Assembly: GCA_030390025.1 (NCBI GenBank) | Contig: CM059432.1 | Span: forward strand, 24,430,001-24,494,000 | Direction: 5' to 3' | Source: Squalus acanthias | Lineage: Eukaryota | Length of the DNA stretch: 64,000 nt | Part shown: positions 11,711 through 24,152 of the stretch, piece by piece | Numbering within the stretch: the stretch's first letter is position 1 | How the letters are laid out: each line of letters opens with the position of its first letter | Notes under the pieces: generated by a model | Databases searched by the model: none | Seen by the model: the letters and a program-made list of their open reading frames with translations, nothing else | What the model was told of the DNA's origin: nothing | Translations under genes and position numbers: made by a program

Positions 11711-13667
11711 ATGGCCAGCCAGAGACCTAGGTCTGCACCTCGCTTTGATGACATTGCCCTGCAGGCTTTAGTAGAGGGAGCAAGAGCAAACAGAGCTCTT
11801 CCCTTCTTCAGGGAGGAAGAAGCCTTCCCAGCAAACCAAGGCTGTGTGGATCCAGGTGGCGGAGGAGGTCAACTCTTTGACAATAACCCACAGAACCTGG
11901 GTTCAGTGCAGGAAGAGGCTTCATGACCTTCTGCGCACTGGAAAAGTGAGTATGAATTTCCCATCACCCTCAATCTGATCCCCATTGCCTCTCCTCACCA
12001 GCACTCAGCTTTAGCAATCTCTTCCTCCACATCCCACTTGACACTGACATCCATGCACCCTTACCCATTCCCTCTCTCTCTATGGTCACATTCACCTAAC
12101 TATTCGACTATGCAGCCCTCACACTCCCTATCACTGTGATGTAATTACAACTTACAACACACAGGGAGGGCCCTTGGTCTTGCCACCTCACTCCATCTTT
12201 GTCTCCTTCTAAGCATCTATGCTATGGATTCTCTACACTCACTCCTTCATTCTCATTCATCTCCACTTGTCTCCCTCATTGCAGGAAAAGAGAGCTCACA
12301 ATAAGAGGCAAAGAGCGAGGACAGGAGGAGGGCCACCCTCAGTAGCCCAGCTCACCACCTGGGAGGAGGCGGTCCTGGAGACAGTGGGAGTGGAGGAAGA
12401 TTCCCAAGTAGGGGACGGACAGATAGGCGCATCACAGCAAGCTGGTGACAGAATAGTTTTCCATCTCTCTCAATGACATTGCATGAGTCGCTGATAATGA
12501 TTCTGAAGCTCTAACAGATGGACTTATGATCATCTGCAATATGCAATGTGCATGTAACCTTGGCCTCACTTCTCTGACTCTTTCCTTTACTCTCCCCCAG
12601 GACCATCGCAAGCACCCGTCCCCACTATCCAGGAGGAAGAGCATGAGCCTCAAGACTCCTCAGAGGAAGCTGCAACCTCTGAGGGCGCAGCGTCAGCAGG
12701 AATCAGCGCACCTAGCACCAGCGCAGACACTCACACCTCGGAGGGAACATCGCGAGATAGAGTAGTGTTGTCACCTGGTGTATCACAGCTCACAAGTGAG
12801 CATCAGCAGATAGTGGAGACAGGGACAGCAGTGGAGAGTCCTAGTCGGAGGGCGCAGGACTCTCCCAGCTCAGCTCAGTTGCATGTCGACCCTCTGCCTC
12901 TGGGTCCATCCATAAGATCAGCGGTGCTGGAACTCCAGGAACAGGTGCAGGAGTCTCTGGCAGGTTTTGTCTCCAGGGTCGCTGCGAGTGTGGAGTGAAT
13001 GGAGGAGTCCATTGCGAACATGAGCAGAGCCTTTGTGGAGTCATTGGCGCATGAACGCATCACCACGGAAAGGATGGCAACCTCCGTGGAAAGGATGGCT
13101 ATGGTAGAGGAGAGGATGGCTACGGCCATGGAGGAGCTAAGTCGCCAGAGTGTAGAAAACATGGTCATTGTTCAGAATAGACTGGCATCTCTTGAGGAGC
13201 GATGGTCAGCTACTGCGCATAGAAACCAGACCTTCATTGAAGTCCTCTGGATTAGGACTTCCAGTGCAGAAACGGGTCCTCATGGCCCCCCTGAAGTGCA
13301 GCAAGGTGCTGTCAAGCCACTTGCTAGCTCTGAAGTGGGGCTGACCCATGAGAGGGATGTTGGTGGCAGACAACAAGGAAGTGGGGGCTCCTCTCCAAGC
13401 GCTCAAACAACCATGCCACTGTAAAGCCCTCGGTCAGAGCCCCACCAGAGTTCTCACCCAACTGAGATGGGCGTCTCATCCCCTGCACAGCCGCAGGAGC
13501 AGCAGACTGTTGGTGAGCCCTCACAGGTTCGCAACCCCAGAGGATGCCCGCCAAAGGTGTCGAGACAGGAGCAGCAAGAAAGTGAGCAAGGGGCCTCCAC
13601 ATCTGCTGAAGCCACAGGGGAAGCACCACGTAGGAGCATGCATAAGAGAAAGATAGTGCACAAATAG
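11711..13667 (+). pseudogene. Myb/SANT-like gene of E; exons 11711-11945, 12285-12444, 12601-13667
   Basis: APRFDD...WIQVAEEVNS...RTWVQCRKRLHDL|GT, then AG|EKRAHNKRQRARTGGGP. Frameshift in exon 1, TGA at 12996, and a further frameshift near 13420. Confidence 0.9.
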
Positions 13668-13924
13668 TCACAAGGGTAGTCACTTGGGTGAATTTTGATG
13701 TTTTATGTTAAAAAGCCATCAGATGATTACTGTAAATAAAAAATCTGATGGCTACTGCTGTAGTTGTGGCGTGTGTCATTTTGCGAATGGGACTTCCACA
13801 TTGAGGGCTTAGGATTACTTGCAATTGTCAGTATGGTGTTAAAATTGCTAGGAATCCGCTGGTTCTTGGCCATTGTCGATGCTCAGGTAAGAAGCTGCAA
13901 GGCAGAAGTGCTTGATTGGCTAGG

Positions 13925-15175
13925 CTAAGCAAATCTGGCCAAGATGAGTGTGTTTCTTGCATCCCGGGCAGCAATGTTCTCGAGTACTGCTGCCGCTGGT
14001 TGATGGACCTCTGCAAGATGTTCGTTTTCGCTCTCCTCCTCCTCCTCCTCCTCCTCCTCATCTGAGGATGATATGTGACGAGCCACTTGGTCCTCAGGAA
14101 TCTGCAAGCCACGACGCTGTGCCATGTTGTGAAGTGCACAGCAAAGCACAATGATTCTGGAGACCCTGGCTGCTGAGTACTGCAGGGCTCCACCTGATCT
14201 ATCCAGGCATCTGAAGCGCATCTTTAGCAAACCGATGGTTTGCTCGATTATGGCTCTGGTGGACATGTGGCTGGAGTTGTAGCTCTCCTCAGCTTCGTTG
14301 GATGGGCTCCTTAACAGCGTCATTAGTCACGTCTTCAGGGGATAGCCCTTGTCTCCAAGTAACCATCCGTTAAGTTGGTCTGGCGGACTAAATAGCGGAG
14401 GCACACTAGACTGGTGCAGTATGAAGGAGTCATGGCAACTGCCAGGGTACTTGGCACAGACATGCAAAATTTCTTTCTTGTGGTCACACACCAGCTGAAC
14501 GTTAAGGGAGTGGAAGCCCTTGCGGTTGACAAAAATACCTGGATTGCGATGGAGTGCCTTAAGGGCCATATGTGTGCAGTCAACGACGCCCTGCACCCTT
14601 GGAAAGCCTGCCAGATTAGCTAATCCATCCGCATGCGCCGTGACACTTGCTTGATCCTTGGTGAAATGGATGTGAGTGTGCACGATGGCTAAGAGGGCAT
14701 CGGTTACCTGCATGATACAAGTGTGTGCGGCCGCCTGGGAGATGCCGCTGATGTCTGCTGCTGATCCCTGGAATGACCCTGAGGCAAAAAAGTTGAGTGC
14801 GATGGTGACTTTGACGGCCACTGGTAAGGGTTGTCCACCTGGTCCTCTGGGCTCCAGGTCTTGTTGCAGCATTGCGCAGATGTCACCCACTACCTCTCGC
14901 AAAAGTCGGAGCTGCCTTTGGCACTGCTGCTCAGACATGTTGAGGTAGCTGACCCTGTGTCTGTAGACCCTGTTTGGGGGGTATCTCCTGCGCTGACGGG
15001 CTTCCATGCGCTGGCCCCTTCTGGCCTGTGCAGCTTCAGGTGTGTGAACAGCAGCTTGGCGCTCCTGTTGTTGCTGCTGCTGTTGGTGCTGCTGTTGTTC
15101 ATGGTTCTGCTGGTGCCGCGGCTGGTCTTCGTCCTCATCTGATGTCCAGAAGGGAAGGAAATAAATGGCTCCCAT
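13925..15175 (-). pseudogene. Harbinger E transposase, 416 codons, one in-frame stop
   Basis: ORFs 14327-15175 and 13925-14323 are in the same frame; TGA replaces the conserved Trp in (W)LMT. Motifs VDCTH, SCHDS, GDKGY, IEQTIG are present. Confidence 0.95.
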
Positions 15176-16157
15176 GCTTCTGGTATATGCCTCAGTTGAG
15201 GAAGCGCTCAGTCAAGGTGGCGAGAGGGGTTTCCCAGGAGGTCACACTGGAGATGGGTGTCAGGCTCCAAACTTCCACAGGTGGTAATGCCTTCTAAAAG
15301 TTACCCCAGACCTGAGACAGCAAAGTCCTGCCACTTGCAAATGATGGCTGATCAAATCTCCTATTTAATGGTTGAGCTGTAGCTGATAGTCAGCAATCCA
15401 ATTGTGCTACCACCAGGTTTCACCGTCGTGTTTAAGAACAGGCGTGCTTCATGTGGGAAAAGGGTTAAAATCACAAAGGCCTATCAAAATGGCATTATAG
15501 AGGCAATTAAGTGCTTGGTAAGGGCCTTAACGGCCTATCCAGCCTCTTGGAGGCGGGACGGAGACGGGACCATTCGACACAATTTAATGAAAATTGCTTG
15601 GAGGCGGGATGGAGGCGGGGTTGGGCCCGCCCACCAGTTTTTGCAATTTTAACCACCCACACGCCTCCAATCCCGCCTCAACGGCCTGATGAAAATCCAG
15701 CCCTCTGCCTCTGTTTATGAAGCCCAGGAACTCATATGCTTTTTAACAGCCTTCTCAATTTGTCTTGTCACCTTCAAACAAAATACAGAGAAGGCCGCAA
15801 CAGAATGAAAATCACCTCATGCTTTCCTAAAGATTTGGTAACATGTAATATTGATTCGGTTGCTGGTCCATATTGAGTTAGCTGATCACCATGAGAATGG
15901 TACAGTTGGCCTCAGTGGCCTTGAGCTAGGGAGAGGAGTAGAAAAAATGTTAGCTTTCCTGTTCTTTGTCACTGTTTAGTGTCCTTTGTTGGAATTGTGT
16001 TTGTGATGGATGTTGTTAGTGGATTTATTTCCATCAAGTGACGACAATGTGAGATTCACAGTCTGGGTACACGTATTAGCTTTACTCAGTGGTAGAACTC
16101 TCACCTCTGAGTTAGAAGAATGTAGGTTCAAAAATGATTGTAGGATTTGAGCACATT

Positions 16158-16448
16158 GGGGTGGAGTTTCTGCTTTGAGCGCAATCGGCAATCCGGGCGT
16201 AAATTGCACTCAAAATAGCGCTGGTTTTCTGAATTGATTTTATGTTTCAAGTTTCACTTCTCACAGCACAGTAGATAACCAATGCATTATAGCATTAGAG
16301 TTCCAACACAATGTTTTTTTAAACCAGTGTAAAAGATCGCGGATAGTCGATTTGCGCTGGACGGAATTTGCGCTTGAAATTCTTTGATCTTTTATGCTGG
16401 TTTGGACGATTTGGGGCGAATGTCGCAATGTAGCAGAAACTCTAGGAC
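16158..16448. mobile_element. Short Harbinger-like MITE
   Basis: Terminal inverted match GAGTTTCTGCT; TSD ATT/ATA; host SINE is contiguous across it; internal segment recurs near 27085-27140. Confidence 0.7.
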
Positions 16449-16782
16449 ATAATCTAGAATTGCATTTCAGTGTAGTACTGAGGGAGTTCTGCATTGTCAG
16501 AAGTGCTGTCTTTCAGATGAGACCTTGATTAGAAGCCCCATCTGCCTGTTCATGTGGACTTAAAAGATCCCATGATACAATTCAAAGTGTACTCTTGGAA
16601 GCCTGGCTATCATTTATTCCCCAACCAGCACCATCAAAACAGATCTTCTCATTATTCATCAAATTTTCTGTTTCTGGGACACTGCTGTGCAAAAACAGGT
16701 TGCTGTGTTTATCTACATAACAAAAGTGACTAAATTTCATACGTAAATCATTGGCTGTGCAGGGCTTTGGGATATCCTAAGA

Positions 16783-18789
16783 ATGAGGACATATAAATTG
16801 GCCAGAAAAAGCAGCAAACCTGAGGATTGGGAGCAGTTTAGGATTCAGCAAAGGAGGACAAAGGGATTAATTAAGAGGGGGAAAATAGAATATGAGAGTA
16901 AGCTTGCAGGATACATAAAAACTGACTGTAAAAGCTTCTATAGATATGTGAAGAGAAAAAGATTGGTGAAGTCAAGCTTAGGTCCCTTGCAGTCAGAATC
17001 AGGGGAAATTTATAATGGGGAACAAAGAAATGGCGGACCAATTAAATACATCCTTTGGCTCTGTCTTCACAAAGGAGGACACAAATAAACTCCCAGAAAT
17101 GTCGGGGAACATAGGGTCTAATGAGAGGGAGGAACTGAATGAAATCAGTATTTGTAGGGAAATGGTGTTAGGGAAATTGATGGGATTGAAGGCCGATAAA
17201 TCCCCAGGGCCTGATAATCTACATCCTAGGGTACTTAAGGAAGTGGCCCTAGAAATAATAGATACATTGCTGGTCATCTTCAAAAATTCTATAGACTCTG
17301 GAACAGTTCCCATGGATTGGAGGGTAGCTAATGTAACCCCACTATTTAAAAAAGGTGGTAGAGAGAAAACGGGGAATTATAGACTGGTTAGCTTGACATC
17401 GGTAGTGGGGAAAATGCTAGAGTCCATTATAAAAGATGTAATAGCAGTGCACTTGGAAAACAGTGACAGGATCAGACAAAGTCAACATGGATTTACAAAA
17501 GGTAAATCATGCTTGACTAATCTACTGGAATTTTTTGAGGATGTAACTGGTAGAATAGATAAGGGAGAACCAGTGGATGTGGTGTATTTGGACTTTCAGA
17601 AGGCTTTCGATAAGGTCCCGCATAAGAGATTAGCGTGCAAAGTTAAAGCACATGGGATTGGGGGTAAGGTACTGACTTGGATAGAGAACTAGTTGGCAGA
17701 CAGGAAGCAAAGAGTTGGAATAAACAGGTCTTTTTCCGAGTGGCAGGCAGTGACTAGTGGGGTACCACAGGGATCGGTGCTAGGACCCCAGTTATTCACA
17801 ATATATATTAATGATCTAGACGAGGGAACTAGATGTAATATCTCCAAGTTTGCAGATGACACAAAGCTGGGTGGGCATGTGTGCTGTGAGGAGGATGCAG
17901 AGAAACTCCAGTATGATTTGGACAGGTTGGGTGATTGGGCAGATGCATGGCAGATGCAGTATAATGTGGATAAATGCGAGGTTATCCACTTTGGTGCCAA
18001 AAACAGGAAGACAGATTATTATCTGAACGGCAATAGATTGGGAAAAGGGGAAGTGCAACGAGACCTGGGTGTCCTTGTGCACCAGTTGATGAAGGTAAGC
18101 ATGCAGGTGCAGCAGGCAGTTAAGAAGGCAAATGGTATGTTGGCCTTCATAGCGAGAGGATTCGAGTACAGGAGCAAGGATGTCTTGCTGCAGTTGTACA
18201 GGGCATTGGTGAGACCACACCTTGAGTATTGTGCGCAGTTTTGGTAGCCTTATCTGAGGAAGAATGCTGTTGCCATGGAGGGAGTGCAGCGAAGATTCAC
18301 CAGACTGATACCTGGGATGGCAGGAATGACATATGAAGAGTGATTGGGTCGATTAGGCTTATATTCGCTAGAGTTTAGAAGAATGAGAGGGGATCTCATT
18401 GAAACTTATAAAATTCTAACAGGACTAGACAGACTAGATGCAGGAAGGCTGTTCCCGATGGCGGGTGAGTCCAGATCCAGGGGTCACAGTCTAAGGATAA
18501 GGGATAAGCCATTTAGGACTGAGATGAGGAGGAATTTCTTCACCCAGAAAGTGGTGAACCTGTGGAATTCTCTACCACAGAAGGTAGTTGAGGCCAATTT
18601 ATTAAATATATTCAAGAAGGAGTTAAATACATTTCTTTAGGCTAAGGGGATCAAGGGATATGGGGAGAAAGCAGGGACAGGGTACTGAATTTGAATGATC
18701 AGCCATGGTCGCATTGAATGGCGGAGCAGGCTCGAGGGGCCGAATGGTCTACTCCTGCTCCTATCTTCTATGTTTCTATGTTTCTATGT
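16783..18789 (+). mobile_element. CR1 LINE, 5'-truncated, RT domain with stops
   Basis: YLDFQKAFDKV, GVPQGSVLGP, FADD, (TTCTATGT)n tail. Confidence 0.95.
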
Positions 18790-18857
18790 ATGTGAATAGC
18801 ACTAAATAAATGCAAGTTCTTTCTTTGCTTTAGACTAGTAGATGAAGAATGATTTCT

Positions 18858-18998
18858 TGTTTGGGGTACTAGAAGGCTACTTATTTAGAGAACTAAAAGG
18901 CTACTTATTTGGGGTACCGAAGGACACTTGTTTGGGGTACTGGAAGGTTTCTTGTTTGGGGTACTGAAGGACACTTGTTTGGGGTACCAAAAGGCTGC
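18858..18998. repeat. Minisatellite, about 6 units of 23-24 bp
   Basis: Units such as ttgtttggggtactgaaggacac in direct tandem. Confidence 0.8.
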
Positions 18999-19299
18999 CA
19001 TTTCAGTTGTTATCTCTCCTAAAGGGAAACCTTGCTTTTCTCCTCTCAATCTAGTCTTAATGATTTTGTCAAATAACCTGGCTCTACAGCTCCATTCTGT
19101 TCAACCATTATGAGCAAAATCCAATTTATTGTTGCCATGTCCATTGGATTCTCCACTGTCTGTATTTCAACAAGACTCCAGTCCTATTATCTTCAAGACA
19201 AGTAGCTCTGAATCTCCCTTACCTCAATACATCTTTCAATCTCCTAGGAAATGTGGTAGCATTGATTCTATCCCTAAGAAGAGTGATCTCTCTTATCCA

Positions 19300-20700
19300 C
19301 CAACTATTGCCCTTACAACTAGTTTCTAAAATTATGGAAGCTGCTGTTAACTCTTTAATTATCAATTACTTAATTCATAATGATCAGTGTACTTTTTAGG
19401 ATGAAAATTCTACTTTTTGCCAATGTTTCATGGCTCTGGGATGCTGGTCACTTTGGTGTTAATTTGTCATTGCCTTGGACATCTTCAAAGCCTGACAGCA
19501 TCTGGCATTGTGCATCACTAAACAAATTACAATCATGTGATTTTTTGACCAAAACTACATTTGTGGCTATCCAGTTTCCTCTCAAATCATTTTATCTGTA
19601 TTGTAGTTCATAGCTCATCATCTGAAACATTTTCCAATAACTGCAGGGGTCTCCCAGGGCTATCCTCTCTCTGTTCCTTCACCATGTCAATAACTTCCTC
19701 CACTCTTAATCCATCGACTTTAAGATAACACATAGCCTCCATTCCACCTGCAGTGCAATGGCTGAATTGTTATGTTTTAATCTCCTTCATTCTCTTCGAT
19801 GTGGCAAAAGTAATTTTGTTTCTTTCACATTTTAAGGCAAGATGGCATCAAAGTTCCTTCGGTCACATTCGTAGTGGTTCTCAGCACTGACTCCACTAGA
19901 CTTTGAGGTCAGTGAAGCATACCTCATTAACTTGGGGCAAGCGGGTGCAAGCATCACTTTGGAGACATCTGTAGTGTAAGCCTACCCATGCCCATGGGAA
20001 CGCCATTCTTCACCAACAACAGGGAGGGAGGGTTTCCCAGCCTCCCCCACAAACCCTGATCATGGCCACGGTGCCTGAGCAAGGAGTCCAAGCTGCTTGC
20101 CATGGTGGGGTCTACATGCACCCTTCTGGAGTCCGGTACGCCTCCAAGCTGATTTACCTAATTTTCTTGTATTTATCTTCAGCTGATATTCTTGGCCTCA
20201 CTATCTCTTCTGATTCCAAATGAAATTCCTGCATCTCCTCCATTCGTAAACTTGCCTTTCATTCTAGACCTCTTCTTTTCTCCTCAAAAGCTCTTAACTC
20301 TGTTAAGCCCAAGTCTCTCCAATACTTAAATGCTGCTTCCATATCTGAGGAGAGTCTTCCAGCTTCTCTCTAACAATCTTGCACAGGTGCAAGATAAAGC
20401 TTGCCATCTGAAACATCTTGTTGATATCTCCAATCCCAAACTTTCTTTCTGTCACAACTAATCTTAGTTTTACTCTTTTTTAATACTGTCATTGCTCCTT
20501 TAAAATGTTCAACTTGTTCCTCTTAAGTTTCGAATACACCACCCTACACATTCCTCCTGCTGCATGCTTACTGCATTGGAATCGAGATTCATCACAGTCT
20601 CCAGCTCTAAATCGTTCTTTCCCCATATGCTGTTCAGTTTTTCCTTCTTCCTAAAGCCTACAGAGTTTGACACCCAAGTGTGCCTTTACCTTCCTGATTC
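19300..20700 (+). mobile_element. Highly decayed LINE RT remnant
   Basis: Traces of motifs: DI.KA.DSIWH.SLNKLQS near 19480-19540 and GVSQG near 19646. Confidence 0.45.
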
Positions 20701-21274
20701 TGCTATCCTCTTTTCAACCTTGGTGGTTGCCTGCAATATGCACCCTGACCCTTCACATAGGTTTCTCTATAAAATAATGGTTCTAAATTCAGTGACCTAA
20801 AAGGCTACAAAAAAATTGGTACTGTATTGTTGCATTGTTGCTGGGTACTGAAACCAAAGAAAATAAAGGACCGTTTTCTAACTTACTGCACCATCCAGTT
20901 CCCCAATTCACCGACATGATTTTGCACCCCTGCATTGAGCATCAAAATGCTATTTCAGTTCAGCATATAGGAGTGTTCCATGTAATGCAACGGGGGAGGA
21001 TTGTAGCACAATTCATATTTTAAGCCACTGAATAACCCTACCACATATGCTGAATATAATTGCGAGTGAGAGTCAATTTGCACATTCCTCTGCCAATGGA
21101 AACGTTGAAACAGGACAAAATCTTATGAACTGGGCTATAGGCCGGCTTGATGTTCTGCTGTGTGTGGCAGCCACTGGTGTGCAATCATTAATAACATAAA
21201 GCCACCCACGCTCAAATATTAAATAAACAGAACAGGAGCAAGCTGGCAGTGTGCCTTTTCTTTCTGATCTCTCT

Positions 21275-22058
21275 CTATGAGGGGTTTCGACAGAGTAAAT
21301 AGGGAGAAACTGTTTCCACTGGTTGTGGGTTCAAGTTCCACTCCAGAAACATGAGTGCAATACTCTAGGCTGACACTCCAGTGCAGTGCTGAGGGAGTGC
21401 TGCACTGTCGGATGTGCCGTCTTTCGGATGAGACGTTAAACCGAGGCCCCGTCTGCTCTCTCAGGTGGATGTAAAAGATCCCATGGCACTATTTCGAAGA
21501 AGAGCAGGGGAGTTAGCCCAGGCGTCCTGGCTAATATTTATCCCTCAATCAACATCACTAAAACAGATTATCTGGTCATTATCACATTGCTGTTTGTGGG
21601 AGCTTGCTGTGCACAAATTGGCTGCCGCTTTTCCTACATTACAACAGTGACTACGCTTCAAAAGTACTTCATTGGCTGTAAAGCACTTTGGGACGTCCTG
21701 AGGTCGTGTAAGGCGCTATATAAATGCAAGTTTTTTCTTTCTATTTGGCAGGAAGGTCGGTAACCAAAGAACACAGATTTAAGATAATTGGCAAAAGAAC
21801 CAGGGGTTTGGGCTGGGAAGGGGGTGAGATGAGGAGAAATGTGTTGTTATGATCTGGAATGCACTGCTTGAAAGGGTGGTGGAAGCAGATTCAATAGTAA
21901 CTTTCAAAAGGGAATTGGATCTATATTTGAAAAGAAACTTTTGTCGGGCTATGGGGAAAGAGCGGGGGAGTGGGACTAATTGAATAGGTCTTTCAAAGAG
22001 CCGGCACAGGCACAATGGACCAAATGACCTAATTCTGAACTGTATGATTCTGTTTCTA
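21275..22058 (+). mobile_element. CR1 3' fragment interrupted by a DeuSINE
   Basis: CR1 sequence on both sides of 21321-21742; homologous to 10855-11140. Confidence 0.8.
21321..21742 (+). mobile_element. DeuSINE (SacSINE1-like), well preserved
   Basis: B box ggttcaagt; core gccgtctttcggatgagacgttaaaccgagg; L2-type tail ggcgctatataaatgcaag. Confidence 0.85.
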
Positions 22059-22816
22059 ACTTCTAAAAGTAAAGGTCTGTGCAAAACATTTTGTTGCTTT
22101 TTAAAAAAAAACACTGCTGCCCTCAACATCAACCAAGCTGTATTTCCGAATCTATTGACCCTCTCTTCTCCATGATGTGACTTTCACTTCTGGCTTGCTC
22201 AACTCACAGGGACTGTCAACTGCTCGATTTTTTTTTTTTTAATTGGATACACTTAATAAAAAATAATAGTCAGGAGGAGAGTATTTATCGGTTCTCACCT
22301 TGAATTTCCCTGCAGTTTTATTGACAAAGTTACCTTGCTTAATCAAAATAAGACAGATGGTGAAAATAAAAACGTGTCCATTTGTTTGTAACAGGTGTTC
22401 TGCTTTTTTTTAAAGGGATGCTATCATACTGTAAAATTGTGTTCTTAGACAAAGACTCCAAAAGGTCAAATTGAAGGGATCTCATTGACTTTGACATAAT
22501 TTTCTTTATAATCTCTCTCTTACGGGCTACATCTTTTTAAACACAACAATACTGCAAAATCTTTTCAGTTACTATTGCCACACTCAGTTCTTTTGATTGG
22601 CAGTTGGCAAAAGAGCCTCATTTGGCTAGGCCATACGTTTAGGATGGAAGACTCCATTCTACCATGCCAAGCAATGCAATGATATTTGATTGGAAAAGAG
22701 AAACTTGGACAGTGAAGAAAAACACAGAAAAACAATTTAAAGAAGCACCCCTTATAAGCGACCATTGCCTACTAAGAGGCACAGTAGGCAGTCAAAACCA
22801 CGGTACAGTGGAATAT

Positions 22817-23857
22817 TTCTTCTTCTTAGGCAGTCCCTTGGAACCGAGGATGACTTGCTTCCACACTAAAAATGAGTTCTCAGGTGATCGATGAGTCCAA
22901 TGCGGGACCTACAGTCACTGTCACAGGTGGGGCAGACGGTGGTTGAAGGGGCGGGTGGGTGGGGTGCTTGGGTTGACGTGCACTCCTTCCGCTGTTTGCG
23001 CTTAGCTTCCGCTTGCTCCCGGCGAAGAGACTCGAGGTGTTCAGTGCCTTCCTGGATGCTTCTCCTCCACTTTGTGCAGTCTTGGACCAGGGATTCCCAG
23101 GTGTCGGTGGGGATGTTGCACTTTTTCAAGGAGGCTTTGAGGGTGTCCTTGAAGCGTTTCCTCTGCCCACCTGGGGCTCTCTTGCCGTGTCGGAGCTCCG
23201 AGTAGAGCACTTGTTTTGGGAGTCTCGTATCGGGCATGCGGATGATGTGGCCCGTCCATCGGAACTGATCGAGCGTGGTCAAAGCTTCGATGCTAGGGAT
23301 GTTGGCCTGAGCAGAACACTGACGTTGGTGCGCCAATGGATTTGCAGGATCTTGCGGGGGCAGCGTTGGTGGTACCTCTCCAGTGCTTTGAGGTGCCTGC
23401 TGTACATGGTCCATGTCTCTGAAGCATACAGGAGGGTGGGTATCACTACTGCTCTGTAGATCATGAGCTTGGTGCTGGGTTTGAGGTCCTGGTCTTCAAA
23501 CACTCTCTTCCTCACGTGACCGAAGGCTGCGCTGGCACACTGAAGGCAGGTGTTGGACTTCGTCATCAATGTCTGCCCTTGTTGACAGTAGGCTCCCGAG
23601 GTATGGAAAGTGGTCCACGTTGTCCAAGACCTCGTCATGGATTTTGATAATCGAGGAGCAGTACTGTGTGGCAGGGGCAGGTTGGTAGAGGACTTTTGTC
23701 TTACGGATGTTTAGTGCAAGGCCCATGCTCTCGAATGCTTCGGTGAAGGTGTTGACGATGGTTTGGAATTCGACCTCAGAGTGTGCGCAGACGCAAGCGT
23801 CGTCTGCATACTGTAATTCAATGACAGAGGATGGGAGGACCTTGGATCTGGACTAGA
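22817..23857 (-). mobile_element. RTE-clade LINE 3' fragment
   Basis: Closely matches 8054-8937; LLYASETWT, QFRWTGHIIRM, (GAA)n tail. Confidence 0.9.
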
Positions 23858-23973
23858 CTAGAATAGACTGGTTTTGGATCTATTCACCAATTCTGTGCTC
23901 TCAGTGCAGTGATATGATCAAAATATAGGGCTGCAATATTGTAGGTGCGGATTCTCCGACTCACACTCTCTTC

Positions 23974-24130
23974 AGTGGTAATTTTAACTGTGGATGAAGG
24001 TGTAAAATGGACGATATCGAATTGGCTGCTCATTACACACCCTGCCCGATTTTGGCTTTCATTGATTTCAATGGCCAGCTAATTTTAAATTGCCCATTTT
24101 ACACAATTGCCCAAAGTTAACATTATCCCT
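23974..24130. mobile_element. Mini-MITE
   Basis: Imperfect 16-bp TIR (AGTGGTAATTTTAACT vs AGGGATAATGTTAACT); TTC on both sides. Confidence 0.55.
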
Positions 24131-24152
24131 TTCAGCTGAGACTCCTCACTGG

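Larger units (their letters stand above)
11432..15703. mobile_element. Full-length Harbinger copy E (4272 bp), GGCGGG-motif family
   Basis: Perfect 12-bp TIR GGGCTGGATTTT; TSD TAT/TCT; both genes present; splits a CR1 cleanly. Confidence 0.95.
16068..18825 (+). mobile_element. DeuSINE split by a MITE (16158-16448) and a CR1 (16783-18789)
   Basis: tRNA-like head and gtctttcagatgag...taaaagatcccatg core; the tail resumes at about 18790. Confidence 0.75.

Noticed and set aside
18858..18998. CRISPR-like repeat array
   Set aside because: Units abut directly with no unique spacers, in a eukaryotic context; it is a minisatellite.
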